Of a stretch of 64,000 bases of DNA, positions 17,178 to 30,681 are shown one piece after another (within the stretch, counting starts at the first letter, position 1; each line of letters begins with the position of its first letter). A model generated the notes under the pieces. That model saw nothing but the letters and a program-made list of their open reading frames with translations. It was not told the DNA's origin and searched no databases. The translations under genes were made by a program, and so were the position numbers. The DNA is taken from assembly GCA_963725865.1 (NCBI GenBank), contig CAVSAC010000012.1:352001-416000 (forward strand), given 5' to 3'. This stretch comes from Candidatus Eiseniibacteriota bacterium (GTDB taxonomy: Bacteria > Eisenbacteria > RBG-16-71-46).

Positions 17178-19670
17178 TCAGCGCGTCAACACCACGCGTC
17201 GCGCGATCGAGCGGTCGTCGGCGTCGAGCCGGTAGAAATAGAGGCCCGGGGGACTGCGGCGACCCTCGGAGTCGGTGCCGTCCCAGCTCGCCGCGTGGGT
17301 GCCGGGCCCGAACTCGCCATCTGCGAGCACGCGCACCCGGCGCCCCGCGAGGTCGTGGATCGTGAGTCGTGCGTGCCCCGCGCGCTCGAGCGAGAACTCG
17401 ATGCGCGAGGTGCCGCGCGCGGGATTGGGCCAGGAGTCGCTCAACGAGAGGCCGGTGACGCCGCGCGGCGGGTCGACCGCGAGCACGCCGTCGTTGTAGC
17501 GGATCCAGTACGGCGACTGGACGCCCGAGGCCGAGCGCTGGAAGTCGCCGCCGATCTCCAGGACGCTCCCGAGCGGCGCAAGCGAGTAGACGGGGCCGTC
17601 GACCCCGCCCGAGTAGTCGACCCACGCAGAGCCGTTCCACATCGCGAGGCGCCCGTAGTCGGTCGTGCTCGACAGCATGAACGTGCCGCCCGCGTAGAGA
17701 TTGCCATCGTACATCGCGAGCGCGTAGGGCACGCCCAGCGAGAACCCGCTGCCCATGGGCGACCACGCGCCGGTGGAGTGGTCGCGGATCGCGACGCCCG
17801 CGGCGGCCACGCCGCCGATGCTCGTGAACGATCCGGCCGCCACGATGTCGCCGTCGAGGTCCGCGAGCGCGTAGACCGGGCCGTCCGCGTAGGCGACCAC
17901 ATTGAGCGTCGTGCCGTCCCAGGTCGAGACGCCATTGTCTGGCGGTAGAAACGGCTTGCCGCCCCGGGCGCCGCCGATGACGAGCTGGCCGTTCACCACG
18001 GCCAGCGCGTGGATTGCGGGGAAGTCGCCGACGCCGAGGTCGGCCCACCCGCCGCTGCCGTATCTCGCGAGGTGGTGGAGCGTGGTCGCGCCCGAGCTCG
18101 AAGCGGTGAAGCTCCCCGCGGCGTAGAGCGAGCCGCCGTAGTTCGCGAGGGCGTTGACCGTGTTGTTGAAGCCGTTCCCGAGCGCGCTCCAGCCCGCGAT
18201 GTACGAAAACGCCGCGATGTTGTGCGCGCTGAGGCCGCCCGCCTGTGAGAACGACCCGCCCACGATGACGTAGCTGCCCGTGAAGATATCGAACGCGTGG
18301 AGCGTGATCGCTCGGATCGGCCCGTCGGTGCCGTTCGGCGAGCCCAGCGATCCGAGGCCACTGACGCTCGTGCCGTCGCTGCCGAAGCCGTGCTCGATCG
18401 TCGCGCCGCCCCAGTCAAACTGGAAATCGCCGCCGGCGTAGATGCCGGTTCCGGCCGAGTACATCGCGAGCACCGGCGCGTCGATGCCGGCGCTGAACGG
18501 CAGCCACGCGCTGCCGTTCCAGCGCGCGATGCCGTAGGCCGTAGTGCCGGAGGCGGCGTCGAACTCTCCCATCGCGACCAATTGGCCGTCGTACGACGCC
18601 AAGGCCTCCACGCCGCCGAACTGCCCGCCGTTCGCGACGTGGATGCCGCCGGCCATGTCGGACCACTGCGTGCCGTTCCACTGGGCGACGTTTTGGACGG
18701 CCGCACCGTCGGCGGTGCCGATCACCCCGCCGGCGACCAGGACGCCGTTGGACGTCGCGAGCGACGTCACCTGGCAGCCCGCGGGGCCGAGGCCACCACC
18801 CATGGGAACCCACTGCGTCCCGCTCCATCGCGCCACGCCGTACATGGTCGTGCCGGTGAAGAAGTGCGTGAACTCGCCGCCGCACACCAGATCATCGTTG
18901 TACGAAGTCAGCGTGAGGATGCTGTGGTCGGCCAGGTTCCCGAAGCGTGTCCACACATTCGTGTCGTAGCGATACACGCCGGGAACGCCCGCGGTCGTGG
19001 CGGCGAAGAGCTGGGTGTTGATCTCCGCGAGTTGGCTGATGGGCGCTTGGGTCGCCAGTCCCGCGGTGAGCGTGACGCCGTCCCACGTGGCGAACGAGGT
19101 CCAGGTACCGGTGCTCGCCGGCACGAACGTGCCGCCGATGCAGAGCACCCCGCCGTGCACGACGAGGGAGTTGACCGACCCGTTCGGGTTGCCCGGATTG
19201 CCCGCGCCGGTCATACCGGTGCCGAGCGGCTGCCAGTGCGAGCCGTCCCAGCGCGCGACGTTGTTCACGACATCCGCGCCGATCCTGGTGAAGGTACCGC
19301 CGACGTAGAGCTGACCGTTGTAGACCCCGAGCGAGCGGATCGAGCCGCTGGCCAGCCCCCCGAACGAAATGAACGAGGAGCCGTCCCAGGCCTGGAGCCC
19401 GCCCCCCGCGGCGACCACGAGCAGGGCCGGCCCCGGCCCGGCGCCGTCCGGATCCCAGATCGTCGCACACTGGCCGTACCGAAAACTGCCGAATCCGTTC
19501 TGTCCGTGCGCGGGACCGACGGTGAAGCCCGGGTACTCGGCGCGGGCCGACGTGCCCGCGAGAGTCGCGAGGAGAAGAGCGGCCGCGGCCGCGGCGGCCC
19601 GGCGAAGCCGGGGGCTCACGCATCGCGACGTCGTGAAGACGGAACGGAGTGCTCGGTGTGAACTGGACAT
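17178..19670 (-). CDS. Secreted beta-propeller repeat protein with C-terminal FlgD-Ig/T9SS-like domain
   Basis: GGGAGG RBS, signal peptide; repeats of LYVGGxF..VARWDGxxWxxLGxG; C-terminal WPNPARG..DLAGRRV..WDGTD..GLYFYRL. Confidence 0.8.
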   Translation of the reverse strand: MSSSHRALRSVFTTSRCVSPRLRRAAAAAAALLLATLAGTSARAEYPGFTVGPAHGQNGFGSFRYGQCATIWDPDGAGPGPALLVVAAGGGLQAWDGSSFISFGGLASGSIRSLGVYNGQLYVGGTFTRIGADVVNNVARWDGSHWQPLGTGMTGAGNPGNPNGSVNSLVVHGGVLCIGGTFVPASTGTWTSFATWDGVTLTAGLATQAPISQLAEINTQLFAATTAGVPGVYRYDTNVWTRFGNLADHSILTLTSYNDDLVCGGEFTHFFTGTTMYGVARWSGTQWVPMGGGLGPAGCQVTSLATSNGVLVAGGVIGTADGAAVQNVAQWNGTQWSDMAGGIHVANGGQFGGVEALASYDGQLVAMGEFDAASGTTAYGIARWNGSAWLPFSAGIDAPVLAMYSAGTGIYAGGDFQFDWGGATIEHGFGSDGTSVSGLGSLGSPNGTDGPIRAITLHAFDIFTGSYVIVGGSFSQAGGLSAHNIAAFSYIAGWSALGNGFNNTVNALANYGGSLYAAGSFTASSSGATTLHHLARYGSGGWADLGVGDFPAIHALAVVNGQLVIGGARGGKPFLPPDNGVSTWDGTTLNVVAYADGPVYALADLDGDIVAAGSFTSIGGVAAAGVAIRDHSTGAWSPMGSGFSLGVPYALAMYDGNLYAGGTFMLSSTTDYGRLAMWNGSAWVDYSGGVDGPVYSLAPLGSVLEIGGDFQRSASGVQSPYWIRYNDGVLAVDPPRGVTGLSLSDSWPNPARGTSRIEFSLERAGHARLTIHDLAGRRVRVLADGEFGPGTHAASWDGTDSEGRRSPPGLYFYRLDADDRSIARRVVLTR

Positions 19671-19995
19671 GAGACCTCCCGGGTCGGTGGCCGGGTCCGC
19701 GTGGCGGACGCCAGGGCCGCTTCGGCGGCACGTCGCGGTGCTCTCTGCTCTAGAACGGTCGAGCGGGGCGGGCCGAACAGGAGGTTGGGGGGCCGGCATG
19801 CCCGAGAGCCCACCGGGACCGCCGAAAAGACCGTCTGCTCTGGCTGAGAACTGTCCGCAAACGGGGCCAACGTCAAAGCGCGTTGGCGGCTTCTTGCGCA
19901 AGCGATCAATGACCACATCGCGCGCGCTCTCGGGAGTCGCTAGCCGGCTTCATTCAGCCCGCATGAAGGCTGTTCGATCCTCATCCCCCCTCGCC

Positions 19996-22482
<2,487 letters not shown>

Positions 22483-22663
22483 GGGCGCGGAGAGTCGCAA
22501 ACATGCGGCGGGCTGTCGAGGGATTCCTGCGGATTTGGCGGGCGTGGGGTGCCGCGGGCGGGCGCCGCTTGGCGCCGGCTTGCGCCCTCGCGTAGCTTCT
22601 CCCGCCATTGCGGATCGGGCACGCCGCGGCCCACGGCACTGCGCACCTCTGGGAGCTCTGCCC

Positions 22664-23173
22664 ATGTCCCTCGCCCCGCGTCGCTTGTTCTCCATCGCCG
22701 CCATCCTCCTCCTCATCTCGGTCGGAGGCTGGATCTACGTCCACAGCCTGGTCCCCGCGATCCACCCGGACCACGACCACGGACTCGAGAACCTCGCGGG
22801 CGGCGGCTTCCTGCGCGTGGAGCGCGTCGAGGGCGGCACGCGCAACCTTGTCGGCCGCCCCGGGGGCGTGCTGATCCTGCACTGGTTCGAGCTGGGCTCG
22901 CCGGCGGCCGTGGGCGAGTTGGCCTCGCTGGTCGACTACGCACGGCGGGTGGCGGACGATCGCGACATCGAGGTGGTTCTGATCGCGATGGGGAAGCAGC
23001 GCGCGCAGATCCTCGAGTGGGCCCGCGCGCACGGGGTGCCGACCGCGGGCCTCTACGTCGACTCCCAGTCGAAGGCGGCGGGCCTGATCGGCGTCCGCCG
23101 CAGCCCCGAGGCGCCGATCTACGGCTGCAGCTTCTTGCTCGCGCTCAGGACGTTCTGGATGACCTCGTTGTAG
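22664..23173 (+). CDS. TlpA/ResA-like thioredoxin-fold membrane-anchored protein, cysteine-less, probably 3'-truncated
   Basis: N-terminal TM; VLILHWFELGSPAAVGEL at the WCxxC position; LYVD..GVRRSPE, then the frame runs into the convergent gene. Confidence 0.5.
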   Translation: MSLAPRRLFSIAAILLLISVGGWIYVHSLVPAIHPDHDHGLENLAGGGFLRVERVEGGTRNLVGRPGGVLILHWFELGSPAAVGELASLVDYARRVADDRDIEVVLIAMGKQRAQILEWARAHGVPTAGLYVDSQSKAAGLIGVRRSPEAPIYGCSFLLALRTFWMTSL

Positions 23174-24006
23174 TAGGGCTTCTCCTTCAGGCTCGCGTAG
23201 GCGCCCGGGAACAGCACCAGGGTCAGGTCCGCCGATTCATCGGAGAAGCTGTTGAGCACCACCGCGCAGCGCTGGCCCCGGTCGAGGCGGGTGTTGTCGA
23301 TCATCGGGAAGTCGAAGTAGCTGACGCTGAACGTCGCGGTCTTGGTCTGGCGGCCCAGCGTGGAGTCCGGCGTCTCGATCGTGAGCCCGAGCTGGATCTC
23401 CCGGTTCTTGCGGTCCACGCCCAGCACGTCGATCGAGAACGTGGTCTGCAGGTCCTCCAGCGTCAGCACGGCCCCCTGGAGCGTGGTGCCCTCCGGGTCG
23501 CTCGTCAGGTCCACGGTGCGGTCCACCTTCCTGCCGACGCCCTCCAGCACGATCATCTGTTTGCGCGCGATCTCGCGCGCGACGCGCTCCAGGCGGGCCT
23601 GGTACTCCGCGAGCTCCGCCGGCGTCGACCGGCCCTCGCCCTTGGCGATCCGCCGCTTCAGATCGAGGAACAGCGGCTTCAGGTTGAGCGACTCGTGGAA
23701 GTTGTAGGCGAGCAGCTCCAGGTTCAGCACGTCCGAGCTCAGGTCCCCGCCGGCCGGCTTGAGGAACGAGCTGATGATGGAGACAAACATGTCCTTGCGC
23801 AGCGCGCTCTCGGATTCCTCGCGCCGGCTCATCAACTCGGAATAGAGCCGCGTGTTGGTCTCGATGGCCTGGCGGCGGTTCAGGAAGTCGGACGAGAAGT
23901 AGCCGAGCAGCGCGATGGCGACCGCCGTCAGCAGCCCGCCGACGGGCTGCAGGATGATGGCGAGCTTGTCCCAGAAGTCGCGCTTGCCCTCGTGAGTCAC
24001 GGTCAC
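23119..24006 (-). CDS. Hypothetical single-pass membrane protein
   Basis: GTGA overlap with the upstream gene; KRDFWDK plus one TM, then a soluble domain; coding-like codon usage. Confidence 0.75.
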   Translation of the reverse strand: MTVTHEGKRDFWDKLAIILQPVGGLLTAVAIALLGYFSSDFLNRRQAIETNTRLYSELMSRREESESALRKDMFVSIISSFLKPAGGDLSSDVLNLELLAYNFHESLNLKPLFLDLKRRIAKGEGRSTPAELAEYQARLERVAREIARKQMIVLEGVGRKVDRTVDLTSDPEGTTLQGAVLTLEDLQTTFSIDVLGVDRKNREIQLGLTIETPDSTLGRQTKTATFSVSYFDFPMIDNTRLDRGQRCAVVLNSFSDESADLTLVLFPGAYASLKEKPYYNEVIQNVLSASKKLQP

Positions 24007-24362
24007 TTCCTGCGCAGGCTCAGCGCGCCGTCCTTCTTCTCGAGCACCAGGTCGTAGCGCGTGGCCTCCTTGTACGAGAACAGCTCCAGCACGGCCGTCT
24101 GCTTCTGGTACACGATCGTGAGGATGCACTTGCCCGGCTCCTTCACCATGAGCTTGTAGGAGCCGAACTGGTCGGTGGCCGTGGAGTCGGCAGTGGGCGC
24201 GGCCTTGGCGCCGCCGGCCGGGGCGCGCGCGATCTTCACCGGGACGCCGGCGGGCACGGGCTTGCCGTCCAGTCGGATGTCACCGAAGACGCGTCCCGCC
24301 AGGGCGCTGGCGGGAAGGCAGAGCGCGAACAGGATGAACAGGCCGATGCTGCGGTAGCGCAT
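24003..24362 (-). CDS. Small secreted beta-sandwich protein (carboxypeptidase-regulatory-like)
   Basis: AAGGAG RBS; signal peptide ending ALA; GRVFGDI..GKPVPAGVPV..TATDQFGSYKL. Confidence 0.7.
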   Translation of the reverse strand: MRYRSIGLFILFALCLPASALAGRVFGDIRLDGKPVPAGVPVKIARAPAGGAKAAPTADSTATDQFGSYKLMVKEPGKCILTIVYQKQTAVLELFSYKEATRYDLVLEKKDGALSLRRK

Positions 24363-24671
24363 GATCTGGCTCCTTCGTCGGACCGAAGCCCGCCGGGGAG
24401 CGGCTCCGGACGCTCCCACGCGGATCGGGTGGGAGCGCCGCAGAGTAGCGCCAACGCCGGCGGATGCGCCAGCCGGGCGCCGCCGGCCCGCCCGGCCAGG
24501 CGATGCCTTCACATCGATTCGCGACGAGGGTCATCCAACCTCTTCATTCCAGCCCGGTCGGCCGCCCATGCGTACTGTGTTGCCGACCCTCATCGGCGCC
24601 GCGCATGAATCGTCCCACCTACAGCGGCGCCGGCTCCGGTACACGCCGTCGCGCCGACAAGGAGCCTCCGG

Positions 24672-25931
24672 ATGGGCGTTCCCTTTCGACCCGCGGTCCT
24701 CGCTCTTGCCCTGCTCGCCGTCGCGTCTCCGGTCGGGGCGCAGTGGAGCCAGGTCCCCGAGCTGCCCACCTCCAACGTGTTCTCGGTGCGGGTGAGCGGC
24801 GACACCATCCTCGCGGGTGTCGACACCTGCGTCTTCATCAGCACCGACGCCGGCGCGGGGTGGAAGCGGTCGGCGAAGCCGGTGGCGGGCGTGACGTCGA
24901 TCCAGGCTCTGTTGATGCGGAACGGGCGGCTCTACGCCGGCACGTTCGGCCAGGGCGTGTTCGTCAGCGACGACCTGGGAGACACGTGGCAAGCGTTCAG
25001 CCAGGGCCTCGTGGGCGGCGTGCTCAACTCGCAGCTCTTCCTCTCGGACTTCGTGGTGCGCGGCGACAGCCTGTTTGGGGCCACGCTGGGCGCGGGCGTC
25101 TACATGCGCGGGCTGGCGTCCGCGGACACGTGGCATCACTTCGGCGAGGAGTTCGAGCCCAACCAGGCGTCGAACGTCGACGGGCTCGCGCTCGGCGGCA
25201 CTCGACTCATGGCGGCGGCGGGCGGCAACGGCACGGTGCTCTTCCGCGATCCGGGCGATGCCGACTGGACGGTCTCCGAGCTGGGCAACATCGGGCTCCT
25301 GCCGGGCATCCAGGCGCGGGCCGCGGTGTTCACCGGCACCGGCTGGGTCGTGGGCACGAACACAGGCATCTTCCACAGCGTCGGCGGCCAGGAGCCGTGG
25401 TCGTTCACGGACCTCGGGCTCGGCCCCATGGGCAACGAGGCCTTCGCGACGCGCGGGCATCGGCTGTTCGCGGCATTCGACACTCCGCTCGCCGCCGTGA
25501 TCGAGCACAGCGGCGACGACGGCGCCACCTGGGAGCCGCTGGAGAGCCTGCCGCTGGTCTTCGTCTACAAGCTCGCGATGAGCGGCGACGAACTCTACGC
25601 CGGCCGTGCCGACGGGCTGTGGCGCCGCTCGACAGCGACCGTCTCGGTGCCGGGTGGCGGCGAGCGCGGCCGCCTGCGATTCGCCCTCGCCGGGCCGCAG
25701 CCCGCGCACGACGTCGTGCGCCTGCGATTCGAGCTGCCGCAGGCGGGGCTGGCGTCGATCGACGTGTTCGATGTCTCCGGCCGGCGCGTGGCGGACGTCA
25801 CCCGCGGAACGTGGTCGGCGGGTGCGCACGAAGTGGCGTGGGACGCGCATGACTTCGGCCCGGGCGTGTTCGAGGCGCGCCTGACAGCGCCAGGTGCGCA
25901 CGAGGTCGTCCGGATCGTGCACATCCGGTAG
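24672..25931 (+). CDS. Secreted BNR/Asp-box beta-propeller protein with FlgD-like C-terminal domain
   Basis: Signal peptide; STDAGAGW, SDDLGDTW, SGDDGATW Asp-boxes; DVSGRRV..WD..GPGVF tail. Confidence 0.8.
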   Translation: MGVPFRPAVLALALLAVASPVGAQWSQVPELPTSNVFSVRVSGDTILAGVDTCVFISTDAGAGWKRSAKPVAGVTSIQALLMRNGRLYAGTFGQGVFVSDDLGDTWQAFSQGLVGGVLNSQLFLSDFVVRGDSLFGATLGAGVYMRGLASADTWHHFGEEFEPNQASNVDGLALGGTRLMAAAGGNGTVLFRDPGDADWTVSELGNIGLLPGIQARAAVFTGTGWVVGTNTGIFHSVGGQEPWSFTDLGLGPMGNEAFATRGHRLFAAFDTPLAAVIEHSGDDGATWEPLESLPLVFVYKLAMSGDELYAGRADGLWRRSTATVSVPGGGERGRLRFALAGPQPAHDVVRLRFELPQAGLASIDVFDVSGRRVADVTRGTWSAGAHEVAWDAHDFGPGVFEARLTAPGAHEVVRIVHIR

Positions 25932-26039
25932 GCCGAAGGCCGCGCGTGGTGCGCGCGACACGCGCCACGACGACGCGATTCCTGGCGGCCCCGGTGCCTC
26001 GTGCGCCGGGGCCGCCTCGCTGCTCCAACCGCTCCGCGT

Positions 26040-26351
26040 CTAGCCCTCGATCTTGTAGATCTCGCGCTTACCCTGGTCCACCAGCTCGTGGTAGCCCTGC
26101 ATGATCTTCTCGAACTCTTTGCCGGTCGCCTCGTCCATGCCCTGTCCGGCCATCATGTCCTCGAACGCCTTGAGGCTCGCCACTTCCATCTCGGCGACCA
26201 CGGTCCAGTAGCGCTCCGCGCAGATGTCGGTCGAGATGCGCATCTTGCTCATGCCCGCCTTCTCGCCGAGCTTGGACATGGCAAGGAACTTCTCGACCAG
26301 CGGGCGGACCTTGCCGGGCTTGCAGTACATGACCTCGCGAACGATCAGCAT
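26040..26351 (-). CDS. Small hypothetical protein (NIPSNAP/dimeric alpha-beta barrel-like)
   Basis: GGAGG RBS; MLIVREVMYCKPGKVRPLV..YHELVDQGKREIYKIE. Confidence 0.7.
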   Translation of the reverse strand: MLIVREVMYCKPGKVRPLVEKFLAMSKLGEKAGMSKMRISTDICAERYWTVVAEMEVASLKAFEDMMAGQGMDEATGKEFEKIMQGYHELVDQGKREIYKIEG

Positions 26352-26510
26352 GATGCCTCCGAGAGTGGTGAGGGGTGGCACGGCGTGCGGCCCGGCAGGG
26401 CGCCGTGCGGGGAGTGGACGATGAGGTGCTCACGCGGCCGTGGTGGATCGCTCGCCCGCGGCGAGCGGATCGTGATTCGCGCCGCCGCAGGGCCGAGCGC
26501 GCGGCGGATT

Positions 26511-27120
26511 CTAGCGCAAGCCGGCCGCGATGGAGCGGCTTTCCGTGGCGGCCGCGGCCGTGGTGCGGCGCCGCGGGGAAGGGGCCCGCGTCGCGCACGC
26601 CGTCACGGGCGGGTCGCGGGGTTCGGGCGCTCCACGTCGGCGAAGTGGCTCAGCAGGAATCAGGTCGGGAACGCGCGAACAGTCGCGCGGCGGAACGCGC
26701 GGCACTCGAGGCGCATCCACCACGCGACGCGCGGGGAGCCACCGCACGTCCAGCGCGCCGGCGCATGTTCCACATCAGCAGCCCGACGTCGAGGTTCTGC
26801 GGATCGAACTGCGCGGTGGCCCAGCGCTGGCCCCAGGCGCCGAGCCGATCGAGCACCTCGCGGAACTCCTCCGCCGCCGGGGTGGGCGCGTACTCGCGGC
26901 CGCGGCCGCGCGGCAGCGGCCGGCTCTCGATCAGGCCCGCGTCTTCGAGCGAGCGCAGTCGCTGCGTCAGGAGCGTGCGCGAGATCAGCGGGAGGCCCTG
27001 GCGGAGCGCGTTGAACCGGCGCGAGCCGGCCAGCAGCTCGCGCAGGATCAGCGGCGTCCAGCGCTCGGCGACGATCTCGCTCGCCACCGCGATCGGGCAG
27101 AACTGTCCGTAGCCTTTCAT
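26511..27120 (-). pseudogene. HxlR-family winged-helix regulator, C-terminal half frameshifted or degenerate
   Basis: MKGYGQFCPIAVASEIVAERWTPLILRELL..RFNALRQGLPLISRTLLTQRL; after LLMWNMRRR the homologous continuation (LPARRVV) is in another frame; 3' end uncertain. Confidence 0.7.
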
Positions 27121-27156
27121 GACGACCGACGGTAGGCAGCCCGCGGCCGGGCGGCA

Positions 27157-27173
27157 AGTCCATTCATTGGACT
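27157..27173. promoter_or_regulatory. Probable HxlR-family operator
   Basis: Inverted repeat AGTCCA-TTCAT-TGGACT in the divergent intergenic region. Confidence 0.55.
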
Positions 27174-27271
27174 AGCCACCGCCGCGGCCGACCGGCAGTA
27201 TGCGGCCCTCGCCGGCGCGCATCGGACGCCGGCACCAAGCCGGCCGCGCCACGAAGAAGGGAGGCTGTCTC

Positions 27272-28501
27272 GTGTCGATCCATGGTTCCCTCAACACGCG
27301 CCGCGCCGGATTGCTGCTGGCCGCACTGCTGGCGGTCGCCGGCGGCGCCCGCGCCGACGTCGTGACCGACGCCAATGCGAAGGCCGCGGCGATCGCCTCC
27401 ACCGCGCGCGCGACTCCAGTCGCCGTGCGGACGATGGCGCTGGTCCAGGTCTCGGTGTTCGACGCGGTCGTCGCGATCACTGGTCGCTACCATCCGCTGA
27501 TCGCGACGCCGGCCGCGCCGGCCGCGCCGGCGGGGGCGTCGGACGCGGCGGCGGTGGCCGCGGCGACGCGCGCCGTGCTGCTCGCGCTGATGCCGGCCGA
27601 GCGCGTGGCGATCGAGGCCGACTACCAGGCCGCGCTGGCGCCGCTGCCCGAGGGCCGCGCGAAGGCCGACGGCATCGCGGTCGGCGAGCAGGCGGCGGCG
27701 GCGGTGCTCGCCGCGCGGGCCGGCGATGGTGCCGACGCGCTGGTCGCCTATCGGCCGCTGACCACGCCCGGCGTCTACGTGCCGACCACGCTGCCGCTGG
27801 TGCCCCAGTGGGGCGGGCGCAAGCCCTGGTTCATGAGCGCCGGGAACCAGTTCCGCCCCGGGCCGCCGCCGCGCCTCGACAGCGACACGTGGAGGCGCGA
27901 CCTCGCCGAGCTCGTGGCGCTCGGCGGCCGGAACAGCACCCGGCGCACGCCGGAGCAGACCGCGATCGCACGCTTCTGGGAGACCACCTCGCCGGCCGTC
28001 TACTGGCCGGTCGTGCGCGGCGTCGCGACCGCCGGCGGCCGCGACGCGAGCGACACCGCGCGCCTGCTGGCGGTGGCGGCGGTGGCCATGGATGACGCGA
28101 TGATCGCGGTGTTCGACGCCAAGTACGCCTACCAGCTGTGGCGTCCGATCACGGCCATTCGCAACGCTCCGCCGGACGTGCGCGATCCGAGCTGGGAGCC
28201 GCTGATCGAGACGCCGATGCACCCCGAGTATCCGTGCGCGCACTGCATCGTCTCGGCCGCCGTCGGCGTTGTGCTCGATGCGTCGATCGGTGGCGGACCA
28301 TCGCCGACGCTCGCCACCAGGAGTCCGACCGCCGGCGGCGCGGAGCGCACGTGGGCGAGCACCGCCGCGTTCGTGAAGGAGATCGCCGAGGCACGCATCT
28401 GGGCCGGGGTGCACTATCGCAACTCGACCGAGGTCGGCGACGCGATGGGCCGCAAGATCGGCGCGTTGGCGCAGAAGAGCTTCCCGGGCGCGACGCGGTG
28501 A
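27272..28501 (+). CDS. Vanadium-dependent haloperoxidase / PAP2-superfamily secreted protein
   Basis: AAGGGAGG RBS + GTG; signal peptide; KYAYQLWRP, HPEYPCAH, ARIWAGVHYR motifs. Confidence 0.85.
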   Translation: MSIHGSLNTRRAGLLLAALLAVAGGARADVVTDANAKAAAIASTARATPVAVRTMALVQVSVFDAVVAITGRYHPLIATPAAPAAPAGASDAAAVAAATRAVLLALMPAERVAIEADYQAALAPLPEGRAKADGIAVGEQAAAAVLAARAGDGADALVAYRPLTTPGVYVPTTLPLVPQWGGRKPWFMSAGNQFRPGPPPRLDSDTWRRDLAELVALGGRNSTRRTPEQTAIARFWETTSPAVYWPVVRGVATAGGRDASDTARLLAVAAVAMDDAMIAVFDAKYAYQLWRPITAIRNAPPDVRDPSWEPLIETPMHPEYPCAHCIVSAAVGVVLDASIGGGPSPTLATRSPTAGGAERTWASTAAFVKEIAEARIWAGVHYRNSTEVGDAMGRKIGALAQKSFPGATR

Positions 28502-28669
28502 GTCCGCTCTTGCACCTGGCGCCGGCTCTCGTGGTCCCAGGAGGTGCGCTCACGCACCGCGGGCCTTCCGCTCGTCGGCGGCGCACCCGGCGCGTGGCGC
28601 GAAAGCGACTCGGGGCGTACTGTCCCGGGCACTCGGCCCCCCTCGAGTCTCGGCCCCGGAGACCACGTC

Positions 28670-29905
28670 ATGAAGCACAAGCGACTCTGGATCGCGGCCG
28701 CGGTGGTGGTCCTGGCGGTCGCCGCCGCGTGGTTCGCCCTGCGCTCGGGTCGCAGTGCGGCGCCGATCTATCGCTACGCCGCGTTGGAGCGGGGGGACGT
28801 CGAGTCCACGATCTCGTCGACGGGTAAACTCAGCGCCGTGACCACCGTGCAGGTGGGGACGCAGGTCTCGGGACAAGTCTCGGCGATCTACGTCGATTTC
28901 AACGATCGCGTGAAGAAGGGACAGCTCATCGCCCGCATCGATCCGACGCTGCAGCAGCAGGCGGTGCAGGAAGCCGAGGCCGGACTCGCGAGCAACCGGG
29001 CCGAGCTCGACAAGGCCGAAGCCGACTACGCGCGTGGCAAGCAGCTGCACGACGGCCAGCTGATCAGCGACAGCGACCTCGAGGCGTTGACGTACGCGCT
29101 GGCGACGGCGCGGGCGAGATACCAGTCGGGGCAGGTCGCGCTCGAGAAGGCCAACCGCAACCTGGCGTACACCTCGATCCATGCGCCCATCGACGGCATC
29201 GTGATCGAGCGCAACGTGGACGTCGGCCAGACGGTCGCGGCGAGCCTGGCGACGCCGCAGATCTTCCTGATCGCCAACGATCTTTCGCAGCTGCAGATCC
29301 TCGCTTCGGTCGACGAGAGCGACGTCGGTCAGATCCACGAAGGCATGCCGGTGCGCTTCACCGTGCAGGCGAATGCCAAGCGGCCCTTCACCGGCGTCGT
29401 GCGCCAGCTGCGGCTCCAGTCCACGACGACGGAGAACGTCGTCAACTACACCGTCGTCATCAGCGTGAAGAACCCCGACGGCAAGCTGCTGCCCGGCATG
29501 ACGGCCACGGTCTCGTTCCTCACCGGCTCGGCCACCGACGTGTTCGTGGTGCCGAACGCCGCGCTGCGCATTCGCCCGACCCAGGCGATGCTCGCGCAGG
29601 TGGGCGCGGCGAACGCGGCCGCCGCGTCCGGTCCCGCCGACAGCGTCGGGGCGCGGCGCGCCGTGGGCGCGAAGCGCGCCACGTCGGAGGGACTCCTCTG
29701 GTACCGGGGCACCGACGGGAAGCTGGCGACCCTGCGCGTCGAGACCGGCATCACCGACGGACAGCGGAGCGAGGTGCGGGGCGCGGGCCTCGTCGCCGGC
29801 ATGCAGGTGGTGACCGGCACTTCGGCCAGCGCGGCGAACACGTCCTCGACCTCACCGAGTCCGTTCCAGCAGCAGTCGACGGGCCGACCGCCGGGAGGCT
29901 TCTGA
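28670..29905 (+). CDS. Efflux periplasmic adaptor (MacA-like membrane fusion protein)
   Basis: N-terminal TM; VQVGTQVSGQV..VDFNDRVKKGQ, IHAPIDGIVI, VDESDVG, LLPGMTA. Confidence 0.9.
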   Translation: MKHKRLWIAAAVVVLAVAAAWFALRSGRSAAPIYRYAALERGDVESTISSTGKLSAVTTVQVGTQVSGQVSAIYVDFNDRVKKGQLIARIDPTLQQQAVQEAEAGLASNRAELDKAEADYARGKQLHDGQLISDSDLEALTYALATARARYQSGQVALEKANRNLAYTSIHAPIDGIVIERNVDVGQTVAASLATPQIFLIANDLSQLQILASVDESDVGQIHEGMPVRFTVQANAKRPFTGVVRQLRLQSTTTENVVNYTVVISVKNPDGKLLPGMTATVSFLTGSATDVFVVPNAALRIRPTQAMLAQVGAANAAAASGPADSVGARRAVGAKRATSEGLLWYRGTDGKLATLRVETGITDGQRSEVRGAGLVAGMQVVTGTSASAANTSSTSPSPFQQQSTGRPPGGF

Positions 29906-29907
29906 CC

Positions 29908-30681
29908 ATGGACCCGCCGCCCACGTCCGTGCCCGCCGTCATTCGCCTCGAGTCGATCGCCAAGACCTACGGCTCCGGGGCCGCCGTGGTGCACGCTCTG
30001 CGCCACGTCGACCTGACGGTCGAGGCGGGCGACATGGTGGCCATCGTCGGCCCGTCGGGCTCGGGCAAGTCCACGCTCATGAACCTGATCGGCTGTCTCG
30101 ACGTGCCGACGTCGGGCAGCTACACGCTGGATGGGGTGCGCGTGGACAGCATGAGCACCGACGCCCTCGCGGACGTGCGCAACAGCAAGGTCGGGTTCGT
30201 ATTCCAGGGCTTCAACCTGCTGGCGCGCACCACCGCGGTCGAGAACGTCGAGCTCCCGCTGCTCTACGACCGCAAGGCGCGCTGGGGAAACACCGCGGCG
30301 ATGGCTCGCGAGGCCCTGACCCGCGTCGGGCTGGGCGACCGGTTCGAGCATCCCCCCAGCGAGCTGTCGGGTGGCCAGCAGCAGCGCGTGGCGATCGCGC
30401 GCGCGCTGGTCACGCAGCCCACGCTCGTGCTGGCCGACGAGCCGACGGGCAACCTCGACACGCGGACGTCGCTCGACGTGATGGTCCTGTTCCAGACCCT
30501 CAACCAGCAGGGCATCACGCTGCTGCTGGTCACGCACGAGACCGACATCGCGCGGTACGCCAGACGCATCGTCGAGGTGCGCGACGGCCGGATCCTTCGC
30601 GACGGGCCGGTCGCCCAGCGTCGCATCGCGGCGGATGATCTGCAGGCCATGGACGCGCTCGCGCCGGCCGAGGTGGCATGA
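29908..30681 (+). CDS. MacB-like ABC transporter ATP-binding subunit
   Basis: [42 protein letters not shown]. Confidence 0.92.
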   Translation: MDPPPTSVPAVIRLESIAKTYGSGAAVVHALRHVDLTVEAGDMVAIVGPSGSGKSTLMNLIGCLDVPTSGSYTLDGVRVDSMSTDALADVRNSKVGFVFQGFNLLARTTAVENVELPLLYDRKARWGNTAAMAREALTRVGLGDRFEHPPSELSGGQQQRVAIARALVTQPTLVLADEPTGNLDTRTSLDVMVLFQTLNQQGITLLLVTHETDIARYARRIVEVRDGRILRDGPVAQRRIAADDLQAMDALAPAEVA

